From Chloroflexota bacterium (lineage in GTDB: Bacteria > Chloroflexota > UBA11872 > VXOZ01), in NCBI GenBank assembly GCA_964291655.2, contig OZ219801.1, forward strand, positions 288,001-352,000: a stretch of 64,000 nucleotides of DNA. The letters run 5' to 3'. Each line of letters starts with the position of its first letter. Position 1 is the first letter of the stretch. Position numbers and translations under genes: made by a program. The notes beneath the pieces are model-generated. The model made no database searches and had not been told where the DNA came from. It worked only from the letters and a program-made list of their open reading frames with translations. Below, in pieces: positions 21,877 to 32,521 of the stretch.

Positions 21877-22980
21877 ATGAGAGTTCGTTCGCATGACCCG
21901 GAGTGGGAAGGCCCCCGTGCAGACCTGGAAGTGGCCGCGTCAGCGCCCAAGGGCCATTACCGTGCCGCCGTGGTAGGTTGCGGTCGCATGGGCAGCACCA
22001 TTGACGACGAGCACGTTGGCAAGCCCCATTACCCTTGGCCGTGGGCCCATGCGCCCGCAATTCAAGAAGCGCGCAATGTGGACCTCGTCGCCGGTGTCGA
22101 CTTCGATCGGAGACGGCTGGCCTACTTTAGTGAGCGCTGGAGCGTGGAAGCCCTCTACACCGATTTGCGCGAGATGGTTGCCAAAGAACGCCCCGACATT
22201 GTCTGCGTCACCACAGGGCCGGTGGAACGCGCAGAGGCGGTTACCGCCTTGGCAGAGGCCGGTGTCAAGGCAATCTATGCCACCAAGCCCATGTGCCGCA
22301 CTCCCGCCGAGGCCGACGCGATGATCGAGGCCTGCCGCCGCACCGGCACTATCCTCGCTATCGCCGCCCACCTCAATTGGTACGCACCATACACCAATGC
22401 GAAAGCCCTCATCGACAGCGGCGAACTAGGGCCCTTGCGCTCGATGGTCTGCCAAAGTCCGATGCCGCTCTCGAACATCCACAGCCATACGCTATGCCTC
22501 TTTAGTCTATTCGTTGGCGCTCCCGCGCGGTGGGTGCAGGGACACATGGACGATCCCGAAACCGCCAAGACTAATGAAGACCAGAGCGGTTCCGGCATGA
22601 TTGGCTACGAGAATGGCGTGCTGGGTTTTCTTAATTCTCACGCGCCCTGGCGGAGTTGGAGCATGGAGTTCAATTGCGAGCGCGGTCGTGTCTTCACCCG
22701 CAATCACCACGCCTGGTTCGAGCTTTGGGGACGAGGCGAAAACGAATTAGATGGTGAATACCAGCGGCAGTTCCCCTTCCCTTGGCGTCCCCGCAGTTCA
22801 ATGACTGACGCCATCGAGGGCGTCGCCCGTTCAATCGAAGCCGGCGTGGAAGAGTCGTGTCCCGGCGAGTTCGGGCGCGAAGCCCTGGAGATCGGCATCG
22901 CCATTCGCGAGTCCTATCGCAGCGGCCAACGCATGGAGCTGCCCCTTCAGGACCGCAGCCTCCGCCTCGGCGGCTACTAG
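21877..22980 (+). CDS. Gfo/Idh/MocA family oxidoreductase
   Basis: VVGCGRMG Rossmann motif; KPM; family C-terminus. Confidence 0.88.
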   Translation: MRVRSHDPEWEGPRADLEVAASAPKGHYRAAVVGCGRMGSTIDDEHVGKPHYPWPWAHAPAIQEARNVDLVAGVDFDRRRLAYFSERWSVEALYTDLREMVAKERPDIVCVTTGPVERAEAVTALAEAGVKAIYATKPMCRTPAEADAMIEACRRTGTILAIAAHLNWYAPYTNAKALIDSGELGPLRSMVCQSPMPLSNIHSHTLCLFSLFVGAPARWVQGHMDDPETAKTNEDQSGSGMIGYENGVLGFLNSHAPWRSWSMEFNCERGRVFTRNHHAWFELWGRGENELDGEYQRQFPFPWRPRSSMTDAIEGVARSIEAGVEESCPGEFGREALEIGIAIRESYRSGQRMELPLQDRSLRLGGY

Positions 22981-23326
22981 TCTAGACTCTTCTACAAGAG
23001 CTCCAAACTTCGGTCGTCTGGCTATGCTACAATTAATTCGTATAGCTCTTGCACTGGGGATAGTGCTGAGTCTGACTGGATTTGGTGGTTTTCAGTTCGG
23101 TATTGACTGGGCTATTACTGCTAATTCTGGGCGTCACGATTGATGGCGCTATGCGATTCTTTCTGCTTCCTGCCTACCGTCTGATTCTCAAATAGCGAGA
23201 GTGAGACTTTGGTAGGAATAGCCAGATAGTGGTAGACACTGCACGTTGCGCAGCCGTAGAACAGCGAAGTACCGGGCTGCAATGCAGATTGCATTGTCGC
23301 TCTGATGTGGACACAGTAAGGAGAAG

Positions 23327-26290
23327 GTGGTGTCTAAATTTGTAAGGTCAATTCTCTTTGGCGTGTTAATCGCGTCGTTAGCAGTGGTGTTAGCTGGGTG
23401 TAGCGTTCAGCCTGTAGCGGAACCCGCACCTGCGCCAACTGCCCCGCCGGTTGCCACAGAAGTTCCCGCGCCCACACCGCCGCCGGAGCCGGTTGCACCT
23501 ACACCCATACCGGTCGCGGAGCTCACGCCCGATTCGGTTTTGCCGCTTGATCCTGTGGTGACGCATGGCACGCTGAGCAACGGCATGACCTATTACATCA
23601 GGCACAACGAAGAGCCCAGCAACCGCGTGCAGTTGATGATGGTCGTGCGGGCCGGTTCCGTCCTTGAAGAAGAGTCGGAGCGCGGACTGGCGCATTTCGC
23701 CGAGCATATGGCCTTCAACGGCACTGAACGCTTTGAAAAACAGCAGATCGTCGAGTACCTCGAGTCTCTCGGTGTCAATTTTGGCCCGGACCTCAACGCC
23801 TCCACCGGTTTTGATACCACGACGTATGAACTTGAGGTCCCGACCGAAGATGCGGAAGTCTTGGAAACTGCGTTCCAGATCCTCAGCGATTGGGCTTACG
23901 CCATCTCGTTCGATCCGGAAGAGGTTGAAAAGGAACGCGGTGTGGTCATTGAAGAGTGGCGCACGAGGTTGGGATACAGCGATCGGTTCCTCAACCATTG
24001 GATACCCTTGGTATTCGGCTCCTCGCGCTATACCGACCGCCTGCCAATCGGCCTCTTGGAAGTCCTGGAGAATGCGACGGCAGAAGACTTGCGCGGCTTT
24101 TACGAACGCTGGTATCGACCCAATCTGATGGCAGTAGTAGTCGTCGGCGACATTGACGTAGCTGAAATGGAAACTCTCGTGCGCCGTCACTTCGCGCCGC
24201 CTCCCGAAGGGGAAGCGATGCAAGAGCGTGCCGCCGTGCAACCGCCTACGGAGCGGCCCCGCTACCCAGTGCCAAGCCACGCAGAACCGCGCGTGACGGT
24301 GTTCACCGATCCCGAGGCTACCGGGACAAGTACGTTCTTGGTGCGTACAATTCCATCCGGTTTTGGCGAGACGCTGGACGCCTACCGCGGGATTCTGGTG
24401 GAGCGGCTGACGTTCATGATGTTCAATGCGCGGCTGTTCGAGCTTAGCCGCACCCCGAACCCTCCGTACCTTGGCGCCAATTCCTATCGCAGCGGCCTGT
24501 CGGATACGGCGGACATACTCGTCTTCGGGGCTGCAGTTGAGAAAGACGGTGTCGAAACCGGTCTCAACGCCATCCTCGAGGAGATGCAACGTGTACGCCA
24601 GCATGGCTTTACTACGTCCGAACTCGACCGCGAGAAGGCCAATCTGCTCAGCTTTATGGAAAGCTACTACGAAAGGCGCGGCCAACTGGAATCCCGGGGC
24701 CTCGCCGAGGAGTATATCGAGCACTACTTGAGCGGCACGGTCGCGCCGGGCATCGAGATGGAGTGGGAACTCACCCAGCATCTCCTGCCGCAGATTGCGC
24801 TGGATGAAGTTGATTCGCTGGCGACGTTCTGGACCGAACCCGGCAATACCGTCCTGCTCGTAACAGGCCCTGAAGACATTGGGCCCGGCACCAAGGACGA
24901 ATTGAAAGAGGCAGTTACCCAACAGCTTGTAAACGCACATGCCTTGGAAGTAGCAGGCTACGAAGATGAAGCCGCGGGCCAAACTCTCTTAGCGAATGTC
25001 CCATCCGCCGGTTCCATCACGGACGAGCAGACTATCGAGTCTATCGATGCCGTTCGATGGACGCTCTCCAATGGCATCACCGTAGTCGCCAAGCAGACCG
25101 ACTTCAACAACGACCAGGTGCTTCTCCGTTCTTTCAGTCCGGGTGGGAATTCGCTGGTCTCAGATGAGAGCTACTACTCGGCCACGCATGCCGCCTCACT
25201 TGTTGCCGGCAGCGGCGCCGGCCCGCACGACATTGTTGCCTTGGATAAGCTCTTGGCCGGTAAGCGGGTCTCCGTGGCCCCGTACATTGGTTCCCAGTTT
25301 GAAGGGTTCAGCGGCAGTGCTTCGCCGCAAGACCTGGAAACGATGTTCCAACTGATCACCCTGTACGCCACCGACCCGAATATTGACCCCGTTTACTTTG
25401 AGACCTACGTTACCAGGTTGCAGGACGCGGCCGAGAACCGCCTCATGGACCCGGATACACTGTTCTTCGACGAAGTACGTAGAATTCTCTTCCAAGACCA
25501 CTACCGGCGGCGCCCGCTCACCGTCGAGTTGCTTGATGAATTAGATATGGAGCGCGCACTGGCAGTGTATACGGACCGCTTTGCGGACATGGGCGACTCG
25601 ACGTTTGTGTTTGTGGGCGCATTCGATTGGGACGCGCTGCGCGCGTTGACCGAAACGTACTTGGCCAGTCTGCCGGTTTCCGGTCGTGCCGAGCAGTGGC
25701 AAGACCCCAATATCGATCCACCGTCCGGTCTCATAGACGAGGAAATCTATTTCGGCATCGAGCCGCGGAGCACGACGATATTGATATTCGCCGGGGACTT
25801 GGAGTGGGACCGGCAGGAAGCATTGATTATTGCGCTCATGGGCGAAATCCTCCAAATTCGCTTGCGAGAAGAGATTCGTGAGGAACTCGGCGGCACGTAC
25901 GGCGTCAGCGTTAGCGCCTCGACCTCCTCAATCCCAGACTCCGAGTACCAGGTATACGCCTACTTTGGCAGCGATCCCGATCGCGTTGAGGAACTCTTTG
26001 CCGCAATCCAGCGAGAGCTGAACTGGCTGATTGATGGCGGCGAACAGAAGTATCTCGACACTTCCAAAGAGCTCTTCCGTTCCTCCAGAGAGGAGCAAGT
26101 CGAGGAGAATTCCTTCTGGCTGGGCCAAATCAGATCTGTACTACAGCGCGGCGAGGACTTTGCCGTGATCAATAGTTACTTAGACCGTTTGGATGCTGTG
26201 ACCTTAGACCAAGTGTCGGCAGCAGCCGAACGCTACTTAACTCTTGACCGCTACATTCGTGTCGTGCTCTTCCCCAAGGAAGAGGAATAG
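23327..26290 (+). CDS. M16 family zinc peptidase (PqqL-like) lipoprotein
   Basis: LAGC lipobox; GLAHFAEH (HXXEH); NASTGFD; LREEIRE..GGTY. Confidence 0.92.
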   Translation: MVSKFVRSILFGVLIASLAVVLAGCSVQPVAEPAPAPTAPPVATEVPAPTPPPEPVAPTPIPVAELTPDSVLPLDPVVTHGTLSNGMTYYIRHNEEPSNRVQLMMVVRAGSVLEEESERGLAHFAEHMAFNGTERFEKQQIVEYLESLGVNFGPDLNASTGFDTTTYELEVPTEDAEVLETAFQILSDWAYAISFDPEEVEKERGVVIEEWRTRLGYSDRFLNHWIPLVFGSSRYTDRLPIGLLEVLENATAEDLRGFYERWYRPNLMAVVVVGDIDVAEMETLVRRHFAPPPEGEAMQERAAVQPPTERPRYPVPSHAEPRVTVFTDPEATGTSTFLVRTIPSGFGETLDAYRGILVERLTFMMFNARLFELSRTPNPPYLGANSYRSGLSDTADILVFGAAVEKDGVETGLNAILEEMQRVRQHGFTTSELDREKANLLSFMESYYERRGQLESRGLAEEYIEHYLSGTVAPGIEMEWELTQHLLPQIALDEVDSLATFWTEPGNTVLLVTGPEDIGPGTKDELKEAVTQQLVNAHALEVAGYEDEAAGQTLLANVPSAGSITDEQTIESIDAVRWTLSNGITVVAKQTDFNNDQVLLRSFSPGGNSLVSDESYYSATHAASLVAGSGAGPHDIVALDKLLAGKRVSVAPYIGSQFEGFSGSASPQDLETMFQLITLYATDPNIDPVYFETYVTRLQDAAENRLMDPDTLFFDEVRRILFQDHYRRRPLTVELLDELDMERALAVYTDRFADMGDSTFVFVGAFDWDALRALTETYLASLPVSGRAEQWQDPNIDPPSGLIDEEIYFGIEPRSTTILIFAGDLEWDRQEALIIALMGEILQIRLREEIREELGGTYGVSVSASTSSIPDSEYQVYAYFGSDPDRVEELFAAIQRELNWLIDGGEQKYLDTSKELFRSSREEQVEENSFWLGQIRSVLQRGEDFAVINSYLDRLDAVTLDQVSAAAERYLTLDRYIRVVLFPKEEE

Positions 26291-26645
26291 AGGATTACCC
26301 ATCCCGCTGGAGCAGGCAGATTGAATTCTCCTGTTCCAGCGAGATTTGTCATGCATAATTCTTCGTAACTGATCTGCGCGGCCCATAGAAGTGCTGCCGC
26401 ATCTGCCGTTGCGATTACGCATTGTCTCTATGTGCACTTTGCCATCTGGACTGATCTCGGTGATCTAGTGCGGTTCCCAAGCGTTTCTCAGCCACGAATT
26501 CAGCAATCTCTTTAGGTGCATCGCAACTCTGCCAATTGACTGTTATAGTCCAAGCCAGCCACTTCTCATCCAAACAGTCACGTGGTGCGCTGACGATGAC
26601 CTGCGTCTTCACATGCTTTTTCCGGCTTCCAGTTAGGACAATCTC

Positions 26646-27596
26646 ATGACTACTCTTGAGTCGCCACCTCTCTGGCAGGACTGTAGTCAATTTCTCGACT
26701 ACTGCGGTTATCTCAACCGTTCCCCTCAAACGGTTCGCACCTATGAGCAGATGCTCAGAGACTTCGTCTCCTACTGCACTAGAACGAATCGTCCCGTGAC
26801 ATGTGTTGAAGACCTCACGTTGCCCGTAATCACGGCATTCCTGGCCTGGAAGCGCACACATACGAGCGCGTCGACTCTCGCAAAGTATGCATCGTGCCTG
26901 CGCAGTATGCTCCGTTACTTTAGCTTGCATGAGGACCGTGCCGTACTTGCCTACGACAAGGTGCAACTCCCAAAATTGCAGCGCCACGCGCCGCGCAACG
27001 TCCCTACCGCTGAAGACATCGTGCACCTCTTCCGTTCCATCCCACAGGATTCCTTCCAGGGGAGACGTGATCGTGCGATCGTCATGCTCTTTTTCTCAAC
27101 GGGGCTGCGCTTGGCGGAACTCTGCGCGCTCGACCGTGCCGATCTGCCGTTAGAGCGTCTCGGCGCCGACCAACTGCTGCAAATCATCATTCGGGGCAAG
27201 GGCGACAAAGACCGGCCGGTCTTTCTACAGCAAGGCGCGCAACTGGCGGTGCGCGAGTATCTGGCCACCCGTGAAGACGACTTTCCACCGCTCTTCATTC
27301 GCTATCGTCCCGGCAAGTCCGCTGAGGATGACGCCGAGGACAAGGAAAAACGGCTCTCGCCACGCATGGTACGCAAGATCATTACGCAACATGCTCGGAG
27401 GTCCGGCGTGGGACATCTGGCGCCCCACGCGTTACGACATGGATTTGCGGTGGACCTGTTGCGAAACGACGTGAACTTGCGCGTGATCCAGGAGCTCCTC
27501 GGCCACTCCAGTCTTTCCACAACCCAGATTTACACCCATCTTGTGAATCGTGCTTTGGCGGATGCCGTGCGCCATCGAGCAGATCCCGTGGGGTAG
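26646..27596 (+). CDS. XerC/XerD-like tyrosine recombinase
   Basis: GLRLAE, GKGDKDR, HALRH, LGH, TQIY catalytic residues; N-terminal SAM-like domain. Confidence 0.9.
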   Translation: MTTLESPPLWQDCSQFLDYCGYLNRSPQTVRTYEQMLRDFVSYCTRTNRPVTCVEDLTLPVITAFLAWKRTHTSASTLAKYASCLRSMLRYFSLHEDRAVLAYDKVQLPKLQRHAPRNVPTAEDIVHLFRSIPQDSFQGRRDRAIVMLFFSTGLRLAELCALDRADLPLERLGADQLLQIIIRGKGDKDRPVFLQQGAQLAVREYLATREDDFPPLFIRYRPGKSAEDDAEDKEKRLSPRMVRKIITQHARRSGVGHLAPHALRHGFAVDLLRNDVNLRVIQELLGHSSLSTTQIYTHLVNRALADAVRHRADPVG

Positions 27597-27716
27597 AACG
27601 ACTGCTCCTAAGAGCCACGAACGCCGACTGAGGCTTGCGCGCTCAGGCTACTCTTAGGCAAACACGGTAGGGTGTCCAACAAACTAACTGTCTATTCATG
27701 CCCCTGGAGGTTGACT

Positions 27717-28724
27717 ATGAACGTGCGAGATATGGCAAATGCAGGGACGAATGGCGCCGGCAAGGATACCAGCCTGCGCGATTACATCCTCGAGGAGTTC
27801 ATAGAGGATTATCAAGAAGGTGAGATCAACCGGCGGGAAGCGCTCCAGCGCATCGCGGGGATCACCGGCAGCGTGGCCATTGCCAGTAGCATCCTCGCGG
27901 CCTGCGGGGCTCCGGAAGAGCAGGAAGCTGCCCCGGATACTGCCACGGAATCCGCCGCCGAGCAACCTTCGCCAACGACAGAAATGGCAGCCAAGGAAGA
28001 CTTGCCGCCAGGCGTTACTGTGTCTCCGGACGATCCTAGCATCGATGCACGCGCGGTAGAGATCGTAGTAGGAGACGTGACGCTGCTCGGGTACCTGGCC
28101 GGCCCGGCTGGCGACGGACCGTTCCCCGGCGTGCTGGTGTGCCACGAAAACCGGGGGTTGAATGAGCACATTCGGGACGTTGCCCGTCGATTCGGCAGAG
28201 ACGGCTACGTGGCGCTTGCGCTCGACATGTTATCGCGGCAAGGCGGCACGGAAGCGGCCGGCGGTGCTTCCAGCGCGCCTGGGCTGCTGAGTAACATCCC
28301 GCCGCAGCAGTTCGTGGATGACTTCAGGGCCGGGCTGCAATTCCTGCAGTCCCAGGCATTTGTGTCGCCGGACCGCTTCGGCATGACCGGTTTCTGTTTC
28401 GGCGGCGGTGTCACCTGGCGTTGCGCCACACAGATCTCAGAGTTGAAGGCTGCCGTGCCGTTTTATGGACCGAATCCGCCCCTGGCAGATGTACCGAACA
28501 TCCAGGCGGCAGTACTTGCCATCTACGCTGAGCAAGACCAGCGCATTAACGCCGGTATCGAGGCAATTGAAGCTGCGATGCAGGAGCACAACAAGACTTT
28601 CCAGAAGATTATATACCCCAACGCCAACCACGCGTTCCACAACGACACCAGTTCGCGCTACCATGCCGAGTCCGCCAATGACGCTTGGAAGCAGATGCTT
28701 TCCTGGTTCGCGGAACATGTGTAA
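27717..28724 (+). CDS. Dienelactone hydrolase family lipoprotein (Tat-type signal)
   Basis: NRREAL...LAAC; HENRGL; GFCFGG; HAF. Confidence 0.9.
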   Translation: MNVRDMANAGTNGAGKDTSLRDYILEEFIEDYQEGEINRREALQRIAGITGSVAIASSILAACGAPEEQEAAPDTATESAAEQPSPTTEMAAKEDLPPGVTVSPDDPSIDARAVEIVVGDVTLLGYLAGPAGDGPFPGVLVCHENRGLNEHIRDVARRFGRDGYVALALDMLSRQGGTEAAGGASSAPGLLSNIPPQQFVDDFRAGLQFLQSQAFVSPDRFGMTGFCFGGGVTWRCATQISELKAAVPFYGPNPPLADVPNIQAAVLAIYAEQDQRINAGIEAIEAAMQEHNKTFQKIIYPNANHAFHNDTSSRYHAESANDAWKQMLSWFAEHV

Positions 28725-28804
28725 GGGCACATTTTGGCGGAGGACTAGCAACAAAGTGCCAGAGTAGCTGCCAAGACTTCAATTCCCTTAACAGAACAAA
28801 GAGA

Positions 28805-28828
28805 GAGCCGCCCCGATTGGGGCGGCTC
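28805..28828. terminator. Bidirectional terminator between convergent genes
   Basis: GAGCCGCCCC-GATT-GGGGCGGCTC with A/T-rich flanks. Confidence 0.75.
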
Positions 28829-28885
28829 CTTTATAGTCAAGCGCTAAGCTCGGTGAAGACCGAGTAGATGAACTCTTGGCTAGAC

Positions 28886-30313
28886 TTACTTGGCTGCCTC
28901 TTCCGCCAAGATGTTCTCCAATATCGGCTTGACGTTCTTCAGGCCGTCGGCCGGGGCCACCGTGCCGGCAATCATGTCGCCCCAAAGCGGCCGGACCGCT
29001 TCTTCGAGCATCCGCGGCCACGCTGAAGTAACGAGCGCGGGATCACCGCCGTTGCCGCCGAGCGGGAGCGAGTTGACGAAGGCATCGACGCGCACACCCG
29101 GGCGTTCTTGATACAGATCACGCAAGAACTTCTCCGCGCCTTCCAGACGCGCCGGGATGTTACTGGTAAGCAGGGCCCAGCGGTCCTCGGGAATGTGGAA
29201 CTTTACAAACTCCCAGGCCAGATCAGTTGCCTTGGACTGGGTGCCAACCCCATAGCCCCAAATCTTGAACTCAGGCAGTGAGGACGCGGCCTTCGGGAAT
29301 GGCGTGAACGCCCAGTCGATATCCGTCGTGTCGCGGTACCCGCCAAGCTGCCAGGAACCCATCTTGATCACGCCGGTTTTGCCGAGAGTGAAGTGAGTGA
29401 AACCCGCGCCGGGCTCACCCAGATTCTCATTGGCCTGATCGCGCGAGGGCCACGACCTGTCCTGGAGTTGCAGCGCAATATAGGACTCGTACGCTTCGAT
29501 CACTTCCGGCGAATCGCAGGTGATCGACTGGAAGTCATCCGAAATCCAGGCGCCGTCCCAGAGCATGGGCGTATTGGGATAATAATTGATGCCGACCCGA
29601 TCCAGGCCGTACTGGGTGAACTTACCGCCGGATTCTTTGGTGAGCTGCTGCATCGTGTCACGGAACTCATCCCACGTCCACGAGTTGTCCCAGTCCTCCG
29701 AAGGCTCGTCAACGCCGGCATCAGTAAACAGTTGCCGGTTGTAGAGCAGCGCAATCGCCTCACCGTGATGGTAGGTGGTTAGGCCGTAGACTTTGCCCTC
29801 GAATGAGGAGAACGTCGTGCGGCCGTCTCTGGCAAACTGCGTCATGTCGTAGTTGTCGCGCTTGATCAGGTCATCCAGCGGCTGGACGAGGCCGTTGCGC
29901 ACATAGAGGGGAGGCGCAAGGCACATAAAGCAATCGACCAAGACACCGCCGGCCAACATTGTCGTCAGCTCGATGCCCTGCCCTACCAAGCTGCCTGGGG
30001 CCACAACGAGCTCTACGGTAGCGCCCGGGTTGGCCTCGGCAAACGGGTTCAGCATGACGGTCTCTACATTGCCCAGGTCTCGCTCAGAGAACCAAGAGTA
30101 GTACTGGATCGTAACTTCCTCGACCGCAGGAGCTTCTTCCGCCTGCTTCTCTTCCGCCATCTCCTCCTTGGGTTCGGCTTCGCCTCCCGGCATCGCGGTC
30201 GCCGTGCCGCAAGCCGCCAGGATGGTCACGCCCAGCCCGCCAATGCCAATACCGGCCAGCAGGTTGCGACGAGTCACACCAGTAGGAATTCTTTCTTCGT
30301 ACTCAGACTGCAT
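28886..30313 (-). CDS. Sugar ABC transporter substrate-binding lipoprotein (orphan)
   Basis: TRRNLL...LAAC; YNRQLF, WTWDEF, AWEFVKF; no permease adjacent. Confidence 0.88.
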   Translation of the reverse strand: MQSEYEERIPTGVTRRNLLAGIGIGGLGVTILAACGTATAMPGGEAEPKEEMAEEKQAEEAPAVEEVTIQYYSWFSERDLGNVETVMLNPFAEANPGATVELVVAPGSLVGQGIELTTMLAGGVLVDCFMCLAPPLYVRNGLVQPLDDLIKRDNYDMTQFARDGRTTFSSFEGKVYGLTTYHHGEAIALLYNRQLFTDAGVDEPSEDWDNSWTWDEFRDTMQQLTKESGGKFTQYGLDRVGINYYPNTPMLWDGAWISDDFQSITCDSPEVIEAYESYIALQLQDRSWPSRDQANENLGEPGAGFTHFTLGKTGVIKMGSWQLGGYRDTTDIDWAFTPFPKAASSLPEFKIWGYGVGTQSKATDLAWEFVKFHIPEDRWALLTSNIPARLEGAEKFLRDLYQERPGVRVDAFVNSLPLGGNGGDPALVTSAWPRMLEEAVRPLWGDMIAGTVAPADGLKNVKPILENILAEEAAK

Positions 30314-30622
30314 TGCTATTGCCTCCTTGAAAGCATGTAGCTAACCATTAACCCCTCAGAGCCACAACCGTAGCCCTAGTGTTCCTTACGTTACTCTCTC
30401 TGCCCAGAGTCGTCAAGCAGAATCAATGCGGCGAAAGCCCTATGGCTGCCAACGGGTGTTCTAATTGACAGGATGGTTGAACAAGATACCAGATCATGAC
30501 CTTCGGAGTGGGCCAAGGCGTCATCCACGTTGCAACCATTCATGCGGTCCCTATTGTGTCTCTTGATGCGATCCCATAGGAACAAACCATCAGGCCCAGT
30601 GGAACCCCTTCTGTCATTAGCG

Positions 30623-30686
30623 CTGAGCCTGCCCTACCATTCGCCCTGAGCCTGCCCTACCGTTCGCGCTGAGCCTGTCGAAGCGC
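30623..30686. repeat. REP-like element with 23-bp tandem expansion
   Basis: CTGAGCCTG recurs at 30623, 30646 and 30669, ending in GTTCGCGCTGAGCCTGTCGAAGCG. Confidence 0.75.
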
Positions 30687-30863
30687 AGAGAGTAGCGGTC
30701 TTGCTTTATGTAACCAAGAGAATCGCCGGCTATCGACTCGCGAATCCTGATTGTGTCAGGTGACTGGTCGACAGATGTCAGATTAAGAGAAGCAGAGCGA
30801 AGTGGTGTGTATTCCATGGACGCATATCACATTTTCCGCAATTTTGTGAATGCCTTGGGTACC

Positions 30864-30967
30864 TGTCATTCCGAACGGAGCGCAGCGCAGAGAGGAATCT
30901 AGAGTTATCAACCCGTTGGGCTACGAGAGACGAAAACTCCAGATTTCTCGCTGCGCTCGAAATGACA
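30864..30967. repeat. REP/MITE-like palindromic element
   Basis: TGTCATTCCGAACG...GAGGAATCT and AGATTTCTC...GCTCGAAATGACA inverted arms. Confidence 0.7.
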
Positions 30968-31166
30968 AAACTGGCTAACACCACCCGATGGAAAGCGGCT
31001 TCTGACGACGAGTTATTCACAATGCTTACACTTCCGGCAATAGTCGGAATCCAGATACAGGGGGCCTTACAGTTCCGTCTAGGGAAGTGCCTAATCTATG
31101 CTGCTCAAGACAGCGGCGATGCAACTGAGCCTGTCGCACGTGGGTCCGCAACGCGCACACATCGCT

Positions 31167-31973
31167 CTAATCGCCACTCTTCCGCGACGTTTCCACCACC
31201 TGCTCGTGCATCGCGATCATGAGACCGGCAAGGGAGATTATGTCGAGCACATTGTGGTGGAAGACCCCATCGAGGCTGGAGAGGTCACCATCCTCGAGGA
31301 ACTTGAAGTACATGCCCGGAACTTCGGCCGAGGGCACATCGTCCTGCCGTTTGAAGTCAAGGATGTGGTTTTCGAGTGTCTGCAGGCGGCAATTCGGCAG
31401 ACTCCGTTGCCAGAGGCGACGCGCGCCGTAGAGCAAATCGCAATGGAGGACATTGCCTAAATCCATTTTGATTTTGTGGGACTTCAAGCGCGCGCGTAAC
31501 AGCGGCAGATCGAAGCTGGCCCCGTTGAAGGTGGTCATCGTCGGCCACTGGGGCAACGCCTCCGCGACTGCCTGCAGCATGGCGGGCTCTTCCTCCGGGC
31601 TGCGAATGAAATGCTGCCGCACCACGAACGCATCGTCCTCAAAGTACCCCAACCCAACTAGAAAGACATACGTCCCCGGCCCACCCAGTCCGGTCGTCTC
31701 CGTATCCCAAAACACCATCCGCCGCAGGTCCGGCGGGTTGCTGCTCTCGGTCGCGCCACTCACACTCTCATTCTCCGACGTGCTCTGCCCAGATGACTTG
31801 GATCCCCCGCGACGATAGGACCGCGGCTTCCGCGCCCCTGCCGTACGCGCCACCTGCGCCGCATCCGCTTCCAGCACCTGCCGCATTGCATACTTGCCGT
31901 GCCGGTACTCAGGCGGATTGACCACGCTGCTAACTAAGTGAATGCCAAGCGGAGTCTCGTGAGTTTGCCACAT
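31167..31973 (-). CDS. RNase H-like DEDD exonuclease (YprB/MrfB-like)
   Basis: WDTETTGL, FNGASFDLP, HCDLL, HHNVLD. Confidence 0.85.
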   Translation of the reverse strand: MWQTHETPLGIHLVSSVVNPPEYRHGKYAMRQVLEADAAQVARTAGARKPRSYRRGGSKSSGQSTSENESVSGATESSNPPDLRRMVFWDTETTGLGGPGTYVFLVGLGYFEDDAFVVRQHFIRSPEEEPAMLQAVAEALPQWPTMTTFNGASFDLPLLRARLKSHKIKMDLGNVLHCDLLYGARRLWQRSLPNCRLQTLENHILDFKRQDDVPSAEVPGMYFKFLEDGDLSSLDGVFHHNVLDIISLAGLMIAMHEQVVETSRKSGD

Positions 31974-32270
31974 GTGATTCGATCCCTTGCTCTAAACTAG
32001 AGTGCGCGATTGGAGCCTTAAATTCTGCCATGTAGAACCGCCGCGGCAAGAATCCTGTTGCAGACAGAGAAACAAAGGAGAGGATTAACCTCTCCTACTC
32101 GCAGTGCGCACTTCCTTGGGAGAGTACGCGGATGTTCAATAGAGTAAAGCTCATAGGTTCCATTGTGAAGCGCACACGCGCCATCTGCCAACCCGTAGCC
32201 GCCACTGGCCATCGTAGCCGCTCATCTTTACGAGTGCTCTTGCACTTCACTCCTACCGGGCACTCTGCGT

Positions 32271-32471
32271 CTACACCTCGATCAACATAATTGACGCTTG
32301 CGGTTTCGGTATGCCGTCCTTTCACGTGCCTACCAGGTAGGAGGCGATCGCCTGATGTATGTTCTGCGTAATTTCCTCTTGTGCCTCGCCGGTAGCCACG
32401 CACCTGGGAAGAATCGGGTCAAACGCCAAAGAATTCTGCGACTCCCACTCAATCACGACCGCGTGCTTCAT
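32271..32471 (-). pseudogene. HicB-like antitoxin pseudogene
   Basis: MKHAVVIE...PILPRCVATGE..EEI.QNI.QAI..YL with in-frame TGA at 32322-32324, then DGIPKP...IEV*. Confidence 0.6.
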
Positions 32472-32521
32472 CGGTCACTTCGCCTGCTCAATCCTGCACG
32501 CTTCAAATTCCATCCCCTGGA

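Noticed and set aside
13180-27596. Genomic island integrated at tRNA-Ala using the 26646 recombinase
   Set aside because: No duplicated tRNA 3' end found by eye, and the recombinase looks XerC/D-like rather than a phage integrase.
30623-30686. Possible CRISPR array
   Set aside because: Tandem 23-bp units without unique spacers; no cas genes and no repeat-spacer array seen in the window.
32095-32250. HicA toxin partner for the HicB pseudogene
   Set aside because: Only a faint GWQMARVR resemblance; the GSH motif is absent.
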